DNA of 64,000 nt from NCBI GenBank assembly GCA_963725865.1, contig CAVSAC010000012.1:672001-736000 (forward strand), in the 5' to 3' direction. Below, piece by piece: positions 39,601-50,456 of this stretch. This DNA comes from Candidatus Eiseniibacteriota bacterium. Its GTDB lineage: Bacteria > Eisenbacteria > RBG-16-71-46. Numbering within the stretch: the stretch's first letter is position 1; the number at the start of each line of letters is the position of its first letter. The notes under the pieces are model-generated. The model saw only the letters and a program-made list of their open reading frames with translations, was not told where the DNA came from and did no database searches. A program made the position numbers and the translations under genes.

Positions 39601-42600
39601 CATGACCGGGGACAACCACGGGGATGGCGGCATGGCACCCCGGTTCGACATCTACATGCAGCAGAGCCCCGCCAACTGTTCGGAAGACGACTGGGAGTGC
39701 ATCCGCGCCAGCGGTTACCTCTTCGTGGGCGGCGGATTCCCCGACACGGCGGCGGCCCGCTACGACTCCTACGGCTTCGAGACCGCACTCCACGTGAACA
39801 CCGGCTGCGCGGATTTCACTCCGGCGTCCGTGGAGGAGATCTACGCCGGCCAGCTGGGGACCTTCACCTCCACGTACCCGAGCCTCCCGATTCCGGAGAG
39901 CGAGCGCAACCACTGCGTCGTCTGGAGCGACTGGTCCACCATGGCCGAGGTGGAGGTCGCGCACGGCTCGCGGCTCGACACCAACTACTACTGGTGGTTC
40001 CCGGGCGGGGTGGGTAGCTGGCCCGGAATGTTCACCGGCTCCGGGATGCCGATGCGTTTCGCGCGACTCGACGGCTCGATGATCGACTGCTACCAGGCGG
40101 CCACCCAGATGACCGACGAGTCGGGACAGAGCTACCCGTATACCATCGACGCCCTGCTCGACAAGGCGCTGGGCGCTGAGGGCTACTACGGGGCCTTCAC
40201 CACCAACATGCACTTCGACTCGTCACCGCACGGCGGCTCGGATGCCATCGTGGCCTCGGCCAAGGCGCGCGGCGTGCCGGTGGTCTCGGGCCGGCAGATG
40301 CTGCATTGGCTCGACGGGCGCAATGCCTCCAAGTTCGAGGCGCTGGCGTGGAACGAGACTCAGCACCAGCTGAGCTTCACGATCACGCCGGGCGCTGGGG
40401 CGCGCAACCTCGAGGCGATGCTGCCGGTGGAAGGCGGGGTCGGCGATCTGACCGGAATCAGTTCGAGCGGTGTGCCGATCGCGTACCAGACCGAGATCAT
40501 CAAGGGCATCCAGTACGCGATCTTCACGGCGGCGCCGGGCACCTACGTCGCGCAGTACCTGGAAGACACGTTTCCGCCGGCCATCAGTTCGGTGCTCGCC
40601 ACGGTGGTGGACGACGGCATCGCGACCGTCACATGGACGACGAACGAGCTCTCGAACTCGCACGTGGACTACGGAACGGCGCCGGACCCGCTGACGCGAT
40701 CCGCCGAAGCTTCGGCGATGGTCACGAACCATAGCCTGACACTGACCGGCCTCGCGGCGAACCAGACGTACTACTTCCGGGTCTCATCCACCGACGACGG
40801 CAACAACACGGCGGTCTACCCCGAGACCGGGCAGCCCCCTGCGACGTTCACGATGCCACCCCTGGCCTGCCTGAAGGACGATACGGAGGCGCAGTTCGCT
40901 CAGGGGACGCCCGGGGTCGGTACGGTGGTGTCGTCGATTGGCAACGGCGCCGTGACCCTGGCGACAAGCGCGGGCTCCGAGTTCAATGGCACCGCGCTCG
41001 ACTCCGGGTGGGAAGTGGTGCTTCCACCGAGCCTGCCCGGCACGGCCACCGTGGGTGGCGGTGTGGCACTACTCAACGGAGCGCTGATCCGCACTACCAG
41101 CGATTACCCAGCCGGACGGTCCGTGGAATTCGTGGCCACGTTCACCGGGGCCGCCAACGAGCACGTCGGCCTGGGAGTCGACCTGAACAACACCCAGTGG
41201 GCCATCTTCAGCACCATGAATGGCGGTGGCCTGTACGCGCGGACCAACGTCAACGGCATGACGAACCTGCCGATCAGCGGCACCTGGCTGAACGCGCCGC
41301 ACCGCTACCGCATCGACTGGAATCCCGCCAGCGTGGTGTTCTTCATCGACGGCAATCAGGTCGCGTCGAGCGTCGACAGCCCGACCCAGAACCTGCGCTT
41401 GGTGGCGAGCGACTTCGCCAACGACGTCACGGTCATCACGGTGGACTGGATGCGCATGACACCCTACGCCGCGGAGGGCAGCTTCCTGTCGCGCGTGTAC
41501 GGTGGCGCCGATCCGGCCACCTGGGGACCGGCGAGTTGGGTGGCACAGACGCCGCTCAACACCACCGTGGCGATCTTCGTTCATCGGGGCGACACGGTGA
41601 CGCCGGATGAAACGTGGACAGGGTTCCTCCCCGTCGAGAACAGCGGCGACATCGTCGGCGGTCGCTCGCGCTATGTCCAGTATCGGGCCGATCTGACCAC
41701 CAGCGACTCTCAGAGCACGCCGGTGCTGGAGCAGATGCACATCGCATGCACGGCCGAGTTGGACGAGGTCTCGCCGCTGATTTCGGCGGCGACGGCGACG
41801 CCGGCCTCGATCACCGCGACCATCGTATGGACCACCAACGAAGTGGCGAACTCCCGGGTGGACTACGGAACCGACGCGGGCAATCTCGATCGGCACGCCA
41901 GCAACGTGGCCTTCACGCTGACGCACAGCCTGCAGTTGCCGAGCCTGACGCCGCTGACCCAGTACTTCTACAAGATCACCTCCGCCGACCCATCGGGCAA
42001 CTCGGCGGTCGAGCCGCCCTCGGGGAATCCGCTTAGTTTCACCACGACGGCCCACACGACACCGCCTGTGGTCAGCGGTGTGACGGCGACACTGGCACCC
42101 TCCGGCCTCGAGGCGACCGTCGCGTGGACCACCGACGAAGCAGCCACGAGCGTCGTGCTCTACGGCACGAACGTGGAGAGCCTGAACCTCACGGCAGAAG
42201 TCACGGGTCTCGTGTCGTCGCACAGCGTGCCGCTCACCGGCCTCACCATGGGGAGCACGTACTACTACCGGGTTCGCTCGGTGGACGCCTACGGCGCCGA
42301 GGCGACGTTCCCGGTCGCGCCCGCCGCCCCGCTCAGCTTCGGCACGCCTCAGGAGGCGTGCTTCACCGACGCGACCGCGGCCGACTTCGGTCTGGGAGAC
42401 GTCGGCGTGGGCACCTTCGTGGAGGAGCATGCGGACGGCGAGGTGGTCCTGAAGCCGGAGCTGTCCGTCGATTTCACGGGCAGCGCACTGCCCCCCGGCT
42501 GGGTCGCGACGCAGTGGGGCAGCGCGGGAGGCTACGCGGTCGGCGGTGGGTCGCTGACGGTGGACAGCTATCGCGTCATGCCCGATCCCTACGGCGTCGG

Positions 42601-45600
42601 TCCCGGCCACTCCGTCGAGTTCGTGGCTACTTTCGGCACCGAGGCCTACCAGCACCTCGGGTTCGGGGGCGGCGGGTTGACCACGCCCGATGTCTTCAAT
42701 TCCGCCCCGTGGGCCATGTTCAGCACCGGGGTCAGCGGGGGAGTGCTCCAGGCCCGTACGTGGCGCCCCGGAGATGCGGAGAACAATCAGACCATCCCAG
42801 GCAGCTGGCTGGGCGCGCCGCACCGCTATCGCGTCGACTGGGGCGATACGAAGGTCGACTTCTACATCGACGGGAGCCTGGTCTCGACCCATGCGGTCGC
42901 ACTCACCGGGCTGATGCGCCCGGCGGCCAGTGACGGCGTCGGAAACGGTGCGCCGATCACGGTCGACTGGCTGCGCGTGACGCCGTTCGCGTCCAGCGGC
43001 ACGTTCACCTCACGCGTCTTCAGCCGCTCCACGGTCTCCATGTGGCACACGGTGGCGTGGACGGCGGACCTGCCCACGGGGACGGGGCTGGCGGTCGGCG
43101 TTCGGACCGGGAACACGCCGGCGCCGGACACCTCGTGGGCTGGCTTCGCGCCCGTGACCTCGGGTCAGGAGCTCGCCGTCCACTCGCGCTACGTCCAGTA
43201 CGAGGCGGTGCTGTCCACCGCCGACGTGCTCGCGACTCCCGCGCTGCGAGACCTCACGATTGCCTGCGAGCCGTACAACGATGCGATCGCGCCGACGATC
43301 ACGGCCGTGGCCGCGACGCCGGATCCGAGCGGCTCGCAAGCCACGGTGACCTGGACCACCGACGAGGTGGCGAATTCACGCGTGGAGTACGGGACGGAGC
43401 CGGACGTGCTGACTATGAACGTCGGCGGCGCACTGTTCGTCACGGCGCACAGCCTGCGCCTGACCGGGCTGACGCCGAACACGACCTACTACTACCGGGT
43501 GACCTCGACCGATCCCTCGGACAATTCGGTCACGTCGCCAGCACCGCCAGGAGCGCCACTGAGCTTCGCCACGCCCGCCCACACCACCCCGCCCGTGATC
43601 AGTGCCGTCGTCGCCACCCCTGACCCGCTGATACCCCAGGCATCGGTGACCTGGACGACGGACGAGGTCGCCACGAGCGTGGTGCACTTCGGCCTGTCGT
43701 CGAGCAGCTTGGACCTCATGGCGAGCGTCGGGGGACTGACCACGGCTCACAGCGTGCCGCTCATCGGACTGGCGCCCACTCGGACCTACTACCTCCGGGT
43801 CGAGTCGGTGGACGCCTACGACATCGCCGCGACCTCGCCCGCGCTGCCCGCGGATCCGCTCAGCTTCGTCACGTCGGCGACTCCGTGTCCGGCGGATGCA
43901 ACCGCAGCGGACTTCGCGCTGGGGACGCTTGACGCGAACACGGCGATCGCGCTCGCGGGTGACGGCGAGGTGATCCTGAAGCCGTTCGTGCAGGAAGAGT
44001 TCTCGGGCACGTCGCTGCCACCGGATTGGCCTTCGGGCCCGTGGGGGACTGGCGGGACCGTCGTGGTCAGCGGGGGCGAGGTGACGGTGGATGGAGCACG
44101 CACCTTCTCGCAGGCGAGCTTCGGACCGGGCTGCGCGCTCGAATTCGTCGCCACCTACCGGGCGGCCACCTACCAGAACGTCGGATTCGCGGGCGATGGG
44201 GCGTTCAGCTCCCCATGGGTCGTCATTGGCATGGGCGGAGCGACCGACGGCGTGTACGCGCGGACGTACACCGGCACGGAGACCAGGCTCACCACGACCA
44301 CGCTGGGGACGCCGCACCGCTACCGCATCGAATGGAGGTCCGGGAGCTTCGTCTTCTTCGTGGACGGGAGCGAGGTCACCACGATTCCGCTCGACGTGAG
44401 CGGCAGCATGATCGTGCAGGTGAGCGACCTGAATCCGGGCGGCAACGACCTGAGCGTGAATTGGGTGCGGGTGGGCTACCCGGCAGCGGGCAGCTTCACC
44501 TCGCGCGTCTTCGATGGTGGCGAGCCCACGAACTGGGGCGTCGTGTCGTGGAGCAGCAGCACGCCGTCGGGCACGAGCGTGGCCGTCCAACTTCGGGCGG
44601 GGGATTCCGCCACGCCCGACGGCACCTGGACCGACTTCTTCCCAGTGGCCAACGGCGCCTCGGCGGGGACCAACTCGCGCTACGTCCAGTACCGGGCGGA
44701 CCTCGCGACCGGCGGGGTCGTCACGCCCGAGCTTCAGGACGTCGCCATCGCCTGCGCCGCGGGATTCGACTTCACGCCGCCGGTGATCAGCAGCGTCACG
44801 GCGACGCTCGCTCCCGGCGGAGTGAGCGCCACGGTCACCTGGAGCACGAACGAGCCTGCGAACTCGCGCGTCAGCTACGGCACGAGCCCGGGCGCGCTGA
44901 CGCTGACCGTCTCGGCCACGGCGCGCGTGCGGTCGCACAGCCTGCTGCTGGCGGGGCTCACACCCGGGACGACGTACTACTACCAGGTGATCTCGGCAGA
45001 CGGTGCGGGAAACTCGGCGACCGAGCCGGATCCGCCCGCCTCGCCGCTCAGCTTCACGACTCCGGCTCCCGTGTGCTTCGTGGATCAAGGGGCCGCCGAC
45101 TTCTCGGCCGGATTCGCCGGCACCGCCACCTACCTCTCGCAGACGTCCGACGGCGAGGTGATCCTGTCCCCGACGTCCGGCGCCGAGTTCTCTGAGACGG
45201 TCCTGCCTGACACATGGCAGGCCGAGGCGTGGGGTGGCGGAAGCACCCCAGCGGTGGGCGGTGGGCTACTGACCGTGGACGGAGGCCATGCCGCCACGGT
45301 GGCGACGTTCGGATCGGGCAGGTCGCTCGAGTTCGTGGCGACCTTCCGGGGTGAGGTGAGTCAGCACATCGGCTTCACGAAGGACTACGCGTTCGATTCG
45401 CCTTGGGCGATCTTCAGCACCTTTGGCTCGACCACGACCCTCTACGCCCGAGTGAACCCGGGCGGCGACGTGAGCCTGGGGACGGGCTACCTCGGCGTTC
45501 CCCACCGCTACCGGATCGACTGGAATCCGTCGAATGTCGTGTTCTCCGTGGACGGGAGCGTGGTGGCCACGGTTCCCACCGCGCTGACGACCCCCATGGT

Positions 45601-47302
45601 GGCCCATGCCAGCGATTTCAGCTCGGCGAGCAACCCCCTGACCATCGACTGGCTACGCATCACTCCCTATGGCGCGGCGGGCACGTTCCGTTCGCGGGTC
45701 TTCGACGGCGGGGAACAGAAGTCCTGGGTGAGCGCGAGCTGGAACGCGAACCTGCCGACGGGCACGAGCCTGGACATGTTCGCGCGTGGCGGCGACGCGC
45801 CGGACACGGCCAGCGCCAGCTGGACGGCGTGGAAGCCGATCGGGAACTCCGGCGCGGGCATCGGGATCTGCTCGCGCTACGTGCAGTACCGGGCCGATCT
45901 CTCGACGTCGAATACCAGCACGACCCCGACGCTGCTGGACGTCGCGCTCACGTGCGCCACCTCGGGCGGTCCTGGTACCGCGCTGAGCGGGCTGGCGAGC
46001 GCGTCCGCACCGGGCGGCAACGACGCCAGCGGCCTGACGAGGAACGTGCTGACCTGGTCGGGAGGTGGTGGAGGCGGCGGGGGCGTCAAGGTCTATCGCA
46101 AGGGCTACGGAGGCTACCCGGCCTATCCCGGCGGGAGCTTCTGGCCACCGGCGGCCCCACTGAGTCCGGCCGCGGCGGAGGCCGCGAGCTGGACCCTGAC
46201 GAGCGTGACGGGCGCTGGGCAGAGCGACCTGCCGCCGGCGAGGGACTACTGGTCGTACGTGGCGTTCAGCACCGACGCGTGCGGGAACAGCTCGGCGGCG
46301 TCGAACGTGACCGGCGGGACGCTGGACTATCTGCTGGGCGACGTCACCGATGGGATGACGGCGTGCACGGGCGACAACGCGGTGACCACGTCCGACATCA
46401 GCCTGCTGGGGGCGCACTACGGGGCGACGAGCGGACAGGCGGACTACCTGGGGTGTCTGGACGTGGGTCCGACGATGGACTACTCCACGACCGGTCGACC
46501 GCTTCCGGACGGCATCGTGGAGTTCGAAGATCTCGTGATGTTCGCGCTCCAGTACGGGATCGACGCGCGCCTTCCGGTGGCCCCGATGGCCAAGGCGCGT
46601 CCGACGCCGAAGGCGGAGGGCGAGCGGGCGGCGGCGACCGAGCTGACTCTCGAGGTTCCGGCGTCGCCTGCGGCGGGCGACGTGTTCGCGGTGGCGGTGC
46701 ACGCGTCGGGCGGGGGTGAGGTGCAGGCGCTGAGCCTGGACCTGCGCTACGACCACTCGCGCGTGGAGATGGTGGGTGCGGATGCGGGTGAGCTGCTGTA
46801 TCGCCAGGCGGCTCAGGCGCTGGTGCTCTCGCCCAAGCCCGGCCGGGTGGACGTGGCGCTGCTCGGCAGGGGCGCCGCACTCGACGGGGAGGGCACACTC
46901 GTGGTCGTGCGGTTCCGCGTCACGGTGGCGGGCGATCCGGCGATCACGCTGTCCAGCGTGGACGCGCGAGACGGCGCGAATCGCAAGCTGAATCTGATGG
47001 CCGGGGGGCCGACCGCCGTTCCGACGACGACGTCGTTCGCACGTCCGAGTCCGAATCCGTTCGGGGGAACGACCACGCTCGGCTTCGCGCTCGCGCGGGC
47101 GGGACACGTCGAGCTGGTGATCTACGCGGTGGACGGACGGCGCGTGCGCACGCTGGTCGACGACGACCGGCAGGCGGGGGAGTACCGATCCGTGTGGGAC
47201 GGCACGAGTGATCGCGGAGAAAGGACGCAAGCCGGCGTGTACTTCGCCCACCTGAGCGCCGGGGCCGAGCGCTTCACACGGCCGCTGGTGCTGCTGAAAT
47301 GA
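36615..47302 (+). CDS. Giant secreted protein F (~3560 aa if joined; frameshifts ~38247 and ~38410): PHP-like (CehA/McbA-type) metallohydrolase, Big_5-like Ig, deacetylase-like domain, 4 repeated FN3/beta-sandwich supermodules, X module, dockerin-like, cohesin-like, FlgD-Ig tail
   Basis: WYSGDMHVH, GGHL, GFVH, AGTDA motifs; VTATFDEALDPATV Ig; MTGDNHG/ALHV/RNHC/LDTNYY; WTTDE.A.S.V.YGT and SRYVQYRADL repeats. ORFs 36513, 38119 and 38300 join across an Ig domain. Confidence 0.8.
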
Positions 47303-47393
47303 GGTCGGCGAGTTCGGGGTCAGCTCGCCGCGGCGCCCGCACGCCGCGACGGCCGCTGACCCCGCTCCACTGACCTCGGTCCCCGGAGGATCC

Positions 47394-47936
47394 ATGCTTC
47401 GATCGTTTCGGCTGTCCGCTCTCGCGCTCGTCCTCGCCGTGCTCGCGCTTCCGGCCGCGCGCGCATCCGCCGCCACGGCCTCGGTCGCCCCGGCCGACAC
47501 CACGATCGGCCAGGGGGACGTGATCCAACTCCGCGTCGTCGGCGACGCCTTCGCGGACCTCAAGGGCTATCAACTCGTCTTCTCGTTCGACCCGTCGCGT
47601 CTCCAGTTCCTGGGCGCGCTCCCCGGGGACGTGCTGACCGGAACGGGCCGCGCGTTCACCACGTTCGTGCTCCCCGATGCGGTGCCGCCGGTGGACAGCG
47701 TGTGGATGGACGCGGCGGTGCTCGATGGAAGCACGAGCGCGCCAGGGGTCCTCGCGTACTTCCAGTTCGCGGCGCTCGCCCTCGGGCAGAGCCCGCTCAC
47801 CTGCCTGCACGTGGAGTACCGGAATTCCGCGAACGCCCCCACGCTGCCGGAGTGCGTATCGGGAGTGGTCCACATCCTGGGGCCGACGCCCGTCACGCCG
47901 CCGTCGTGGGGGAGGCTGAAGGTCCGCTATCGGTGA
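47394..47936 (+). CDS. Small secreted cohesin-like protein with C-terminal SWG-K-YR motif
   Basis: GGAGGA RBS; signal peptide; GDVIQL.V...DLKGYQLVFSFDPSRLQF...PG.V...GVLAYFQF.A..LG.SPL; ends GPTPVTPPSWGRLKVRYR. Confidence 0.8.
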   Translation: MLRSFRLSALALVLAVLALPAARASAATASVAPADTTIGQGDVIQLRVVGDAFADLKGYQLVFSFDPSRLQFLGALPGDVLTGTGRAFTTFVLPDAVPPVDSVWMDAAVLDGSTSAPGVLAYFQFAALALGQSPLTCLHVEYRNSANAPTLPECVSGVVHILGPTPVTPPSWGRLKVRYR

Positions 47937-47988
47937 TTCGGTGCGGGCGGGGTGGCTTCGATGGGCAGTGACTCCCGGCGGGTCGAGG

Positions 47989-48017
47989 TTGCGGCCCGCC
48001 GGGAGCGCGTTTATAAG
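47989..48017 (+). promoter_or_regulatory. Putative sigma70 promoter upstream of the tRNA fragment and asnB-like operon
   Basis: TTGCGG-17 bp-TATAAG. Confidence 0.45.
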
Positions 48018-48072
48018 GAGCGTGCGCGGTCCAGGTCGCGGACCTCCGAGGCCCGGACCGCCGGCGGCCCGG

Positions 48073-48116
48073 CCGTGACCCGTTAGCTCAGTCGGTAGAG
48101 CACCTGCCTCTTGAGC
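48073..48116 (+). pseudogene. 5'-half tRNA-Lys fragment (att-like direct repeat)
   Basis: 48073-48109 is identical to 53249-53285 (37 bp); continues CTTGAGC where the full tRNA has TTTAAGC; no T-arm or CCA follows. Confidence 0.85.
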
Positions 48117-48602
48117 GTATCCGCGCCCGATGACGCCCATCGTCGCATGGGCCTGCAGGGCGCGGTGTTCGTCACTCTGGGCGGTCACCGTCGCCCGCCG
48201 CGGTCTCGCTTCGGGCACCTTGCGTCCCGTGTCGAAATCGTCAGAGAGGGCGCAAGGTGTATGCCCTGCACGACGCTTCTTCGCTAGCTTGCGCGACTGG
48301 CATTGCCTCCGCGAATGTGTGGTGCCGGGCAACCGATGATCCCACAGCATGTCGCAGAGCGGGTCGCGACGGCATTCATGCTGGCATCATACCTGCGTCA
48401 AAGGTCGCACACTCACCTGAGCGCGTTCATCCCCTCGAGCTGCAGCCAGGGCACACCGGATCGGGGGCGGGCTGGAGCCGTCGTGGTATCGCGGCAGTGT
48501 TTCGCCGCCAGACCTCCGCCCGCCGTCCAAGGCGTCTTCCGCCGAACCCGATGATGGCCATTGGCCGCCTTCGCCGGAAGCCGCGGCGGTCGGAGTTGAG
48601 CC

Positions 48603-50456
48603 ATGTGTGGAATCGCAGGGTCGGTCTGCCTCGACGGCGGCCCGGATCCACAGGGCCTAGTGGACGACGTGGTTGCGAGCCAGCGCAATCGCGGGCCGGA
48701 TCACCAAGCCATCATCGCAACCCGCGGCTCCACGGCCCGACTTGTCCTCGGGCATTCGCGGCTCAAGATCATCGACCTCTCGTCCAACGCGAACCAGCCG
48801 CTCTGGGATCACGAGCGGCGCCTATGCCTGGTCTTCAACGGCGAGATCTACAACTACCAAGAGTTGCGCGGTGAGCTCACCGCGCGCGGACATCAGTTCG
48901 CCACGCGGGGGGACTCGGAGGTCATCCTCGAGGCCTTCAAGGCATGGGGTGCGGGTGCCTTCGAGCGCTTCAACGGGATGTTCGCGTTCGGCCTCTGGGA
49001 TCGCGACGCCGCGCAGTTCTACCTGGTGCGCGATCGCTTTGGCGTCAAGCCGCTCTACCTCTGGCACGACGCGCACCAACTCTGCTTCGCCTCGACCTGC
49101 GACGCGCTTGCGGGCCATCTCGGCTTGGAGCCGGATCTCGTCTACGCCGCGCGGGGCATCCGCTACTGGGTGTACGACGACGACGAGCGTGCCCCGTTCA
49201 TCGGGCTGCGCGCCCTCAAGCCCGGCCACTACGCGGTGGCCGATCTGACGTCGCCACGACCACTGGAGGTGGCGGTCCATCGCTACTATTCGTTGGTTGC
49301 GGCCGTGGAGCGGAAGGCGGAGGTGCTGCGCTCGCACGGCGAAGGCGAGATCCATGACGAGCTGGCGTCGCTTCTCGAGCGTTCGATCGAGCTGCGGATG
49401 CGGTCGGACGTGCCGGTGGGCGTCTCGCTGAGCGGAGGCTTGGACTCCTCGACTCTGGCCGCCATCTCCTGCGCGCGCGGGCAGGTGCTCGGTTTCACGT
49501 TCGGGCATCCGGAGGACCCGGCCACCGAGGGGCCGATGGTGCGCCACCTCAGCCGGCATACCGGGCTAAGAGTCTGTTTCGTCCGTCCGTCCGCGCGGGA
49601 GATCATCGAGGCCTACTTCGCCGCCATTGAGGCCCAGGGGGCGCCGTTTCCCACTGCCAGCATCGTTGGCCAGTACCTGGTGTATCGCGCGGCAAAGCAG
49701 CAGGACATCAAGGTCGTTCTCGGCGGACAAGGGAGCGACGAGATCTTCATGGGCTACCGGAAGTTTCAGTACTTCTACCTGCGCCAACTGCTGCATCGCG
49801 GCGCCGTGGGCAAGGCCGTGAGGTTCTTGCTTGGGTCCTCGCCCGAGCTCGCCGCCGAGGTGTCGCGCGCCGCAACCTACTGGAGGGCCAGGCAGCGGTA
49901 CACCCTCGCCGGCGGCATTGCAACGGGACTCCGGCTGCCAGACGCCGGGCGGCTCGACATGCGCGCCGACCTCGGTCGGCCCCTGTGGCTCCGGCAGGCC
50001 TACGACATCGAGCACACCAGCCTGCCGACGCTGCTGCGCTACGAAGACCGCAGCTCGATGGCCCACGGGGTCGAGAGCCGCCTTCCCTACCTCGACTATT
50101 CGCTCGTGGAGTTCGCGCTCGCCCTCGACGTGGACTACAAGCTGCGGCATGGGTTCCGGAAATGGATTCTGCGCGAGTTCGCGCGCGGCAAGGTACCCGA
50201 ACCGATTCGCACGGCGCGCTGCAAGCGTGGTTTCGACGTGGCGCAGAACCAGTGGATCGATCAGGGGCTGGGCGAGGCCATCCGCGAAGCGCTGCGGGCA
50301 AGGCTGCCGCTCGTCCGGCAGTTTCTGGAGCCCGGCGCCAGGGTCGAGCAGTTGTTCTCGGACGCCCGGCTCAAGCGCGAGGGTTCCGCCTTCACAGAGG
50401 CCACGACCCTGATTTGGCTCGGCAACTGCGCGATGCGGTCCCGCGACCGTGGGTGA
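48603..50456 (+). CDS. asnB: Asparagine synthase (glutamine-hydrolysing)-family amidotransferase, probably glycan-modifying
   Basis: MCGIAG N-terminus, RGPD, FNGEIYN, RDRFGVKPLY, LSGGLDSS, G.GSDE, DRSSMAHGVESRLPYLD. Confidence 0.93.
   Translation: MCGIAGSVCLDGGPDPQGLVDDVVASQRNRGPDHQAIIATRGSTARLVLGHSRLKIIDLSSNANQPLWDHERRLCLVFNGEIYNYQELRGELTARGHQFATRGDSEVILEAFKAWGAGAFERFNGMFAFGLWDRDAAQFYLVRDRFGVKPLYLWHDAHQLCFASTCDALAGHLGLEPDLVYAARGIRYWVYDDDERAPFIGLRALKPGHYAVADLTSPRPLEVAVHRYYSLVAAVERKAEVLRSHGEGEIHDELASLLERSIELRMRSDVPVGVSLSGGLDSSTLAAISCARGQVLGFTFGHPEDPATEGPMVRHLSRHTGLRVCFVRPSAREIIEAYFAAIEAQGAPFPTASIVGQYLVYRAAKQQDIKVVLGGQGSDEIFMGYRKFQYFYLRQLLHRGAVGKAVRFLLGSSPELAAEVSRAATYWRARQRYTLAGGIATGLRLPDAGRLDMRADLGRPLWLRQAYDIEHTSLPTLLRYEDRSSMAHGVESRLPYLDYSLVEFALALDVDYKLRHGFRKWILREFARGKVPEPIRTARCKRGFDVAQNQWIDQGLGEAIREALRARLPLVRQFLEPGARVEQLFSDARLKREGSAFTEATTLIWLGNCAMRSRDRG

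Noticed and set aside
2100..47563. Long alternative-frame and antisense ORFs (e.g. 2312-4972, 16940-20053, 26946-30152, 32854-35865)
   Set aside because: Arg/Ala/Gly-rich shadow ORFs expected in high-GC coding DNA; no recognisable motifs; they overlap well-supported genes.
48257..48874. ORFs in the gap between the tRNA fragment and asnB
   Set aside because: No RBS, coding bias or motif that I can recognise.
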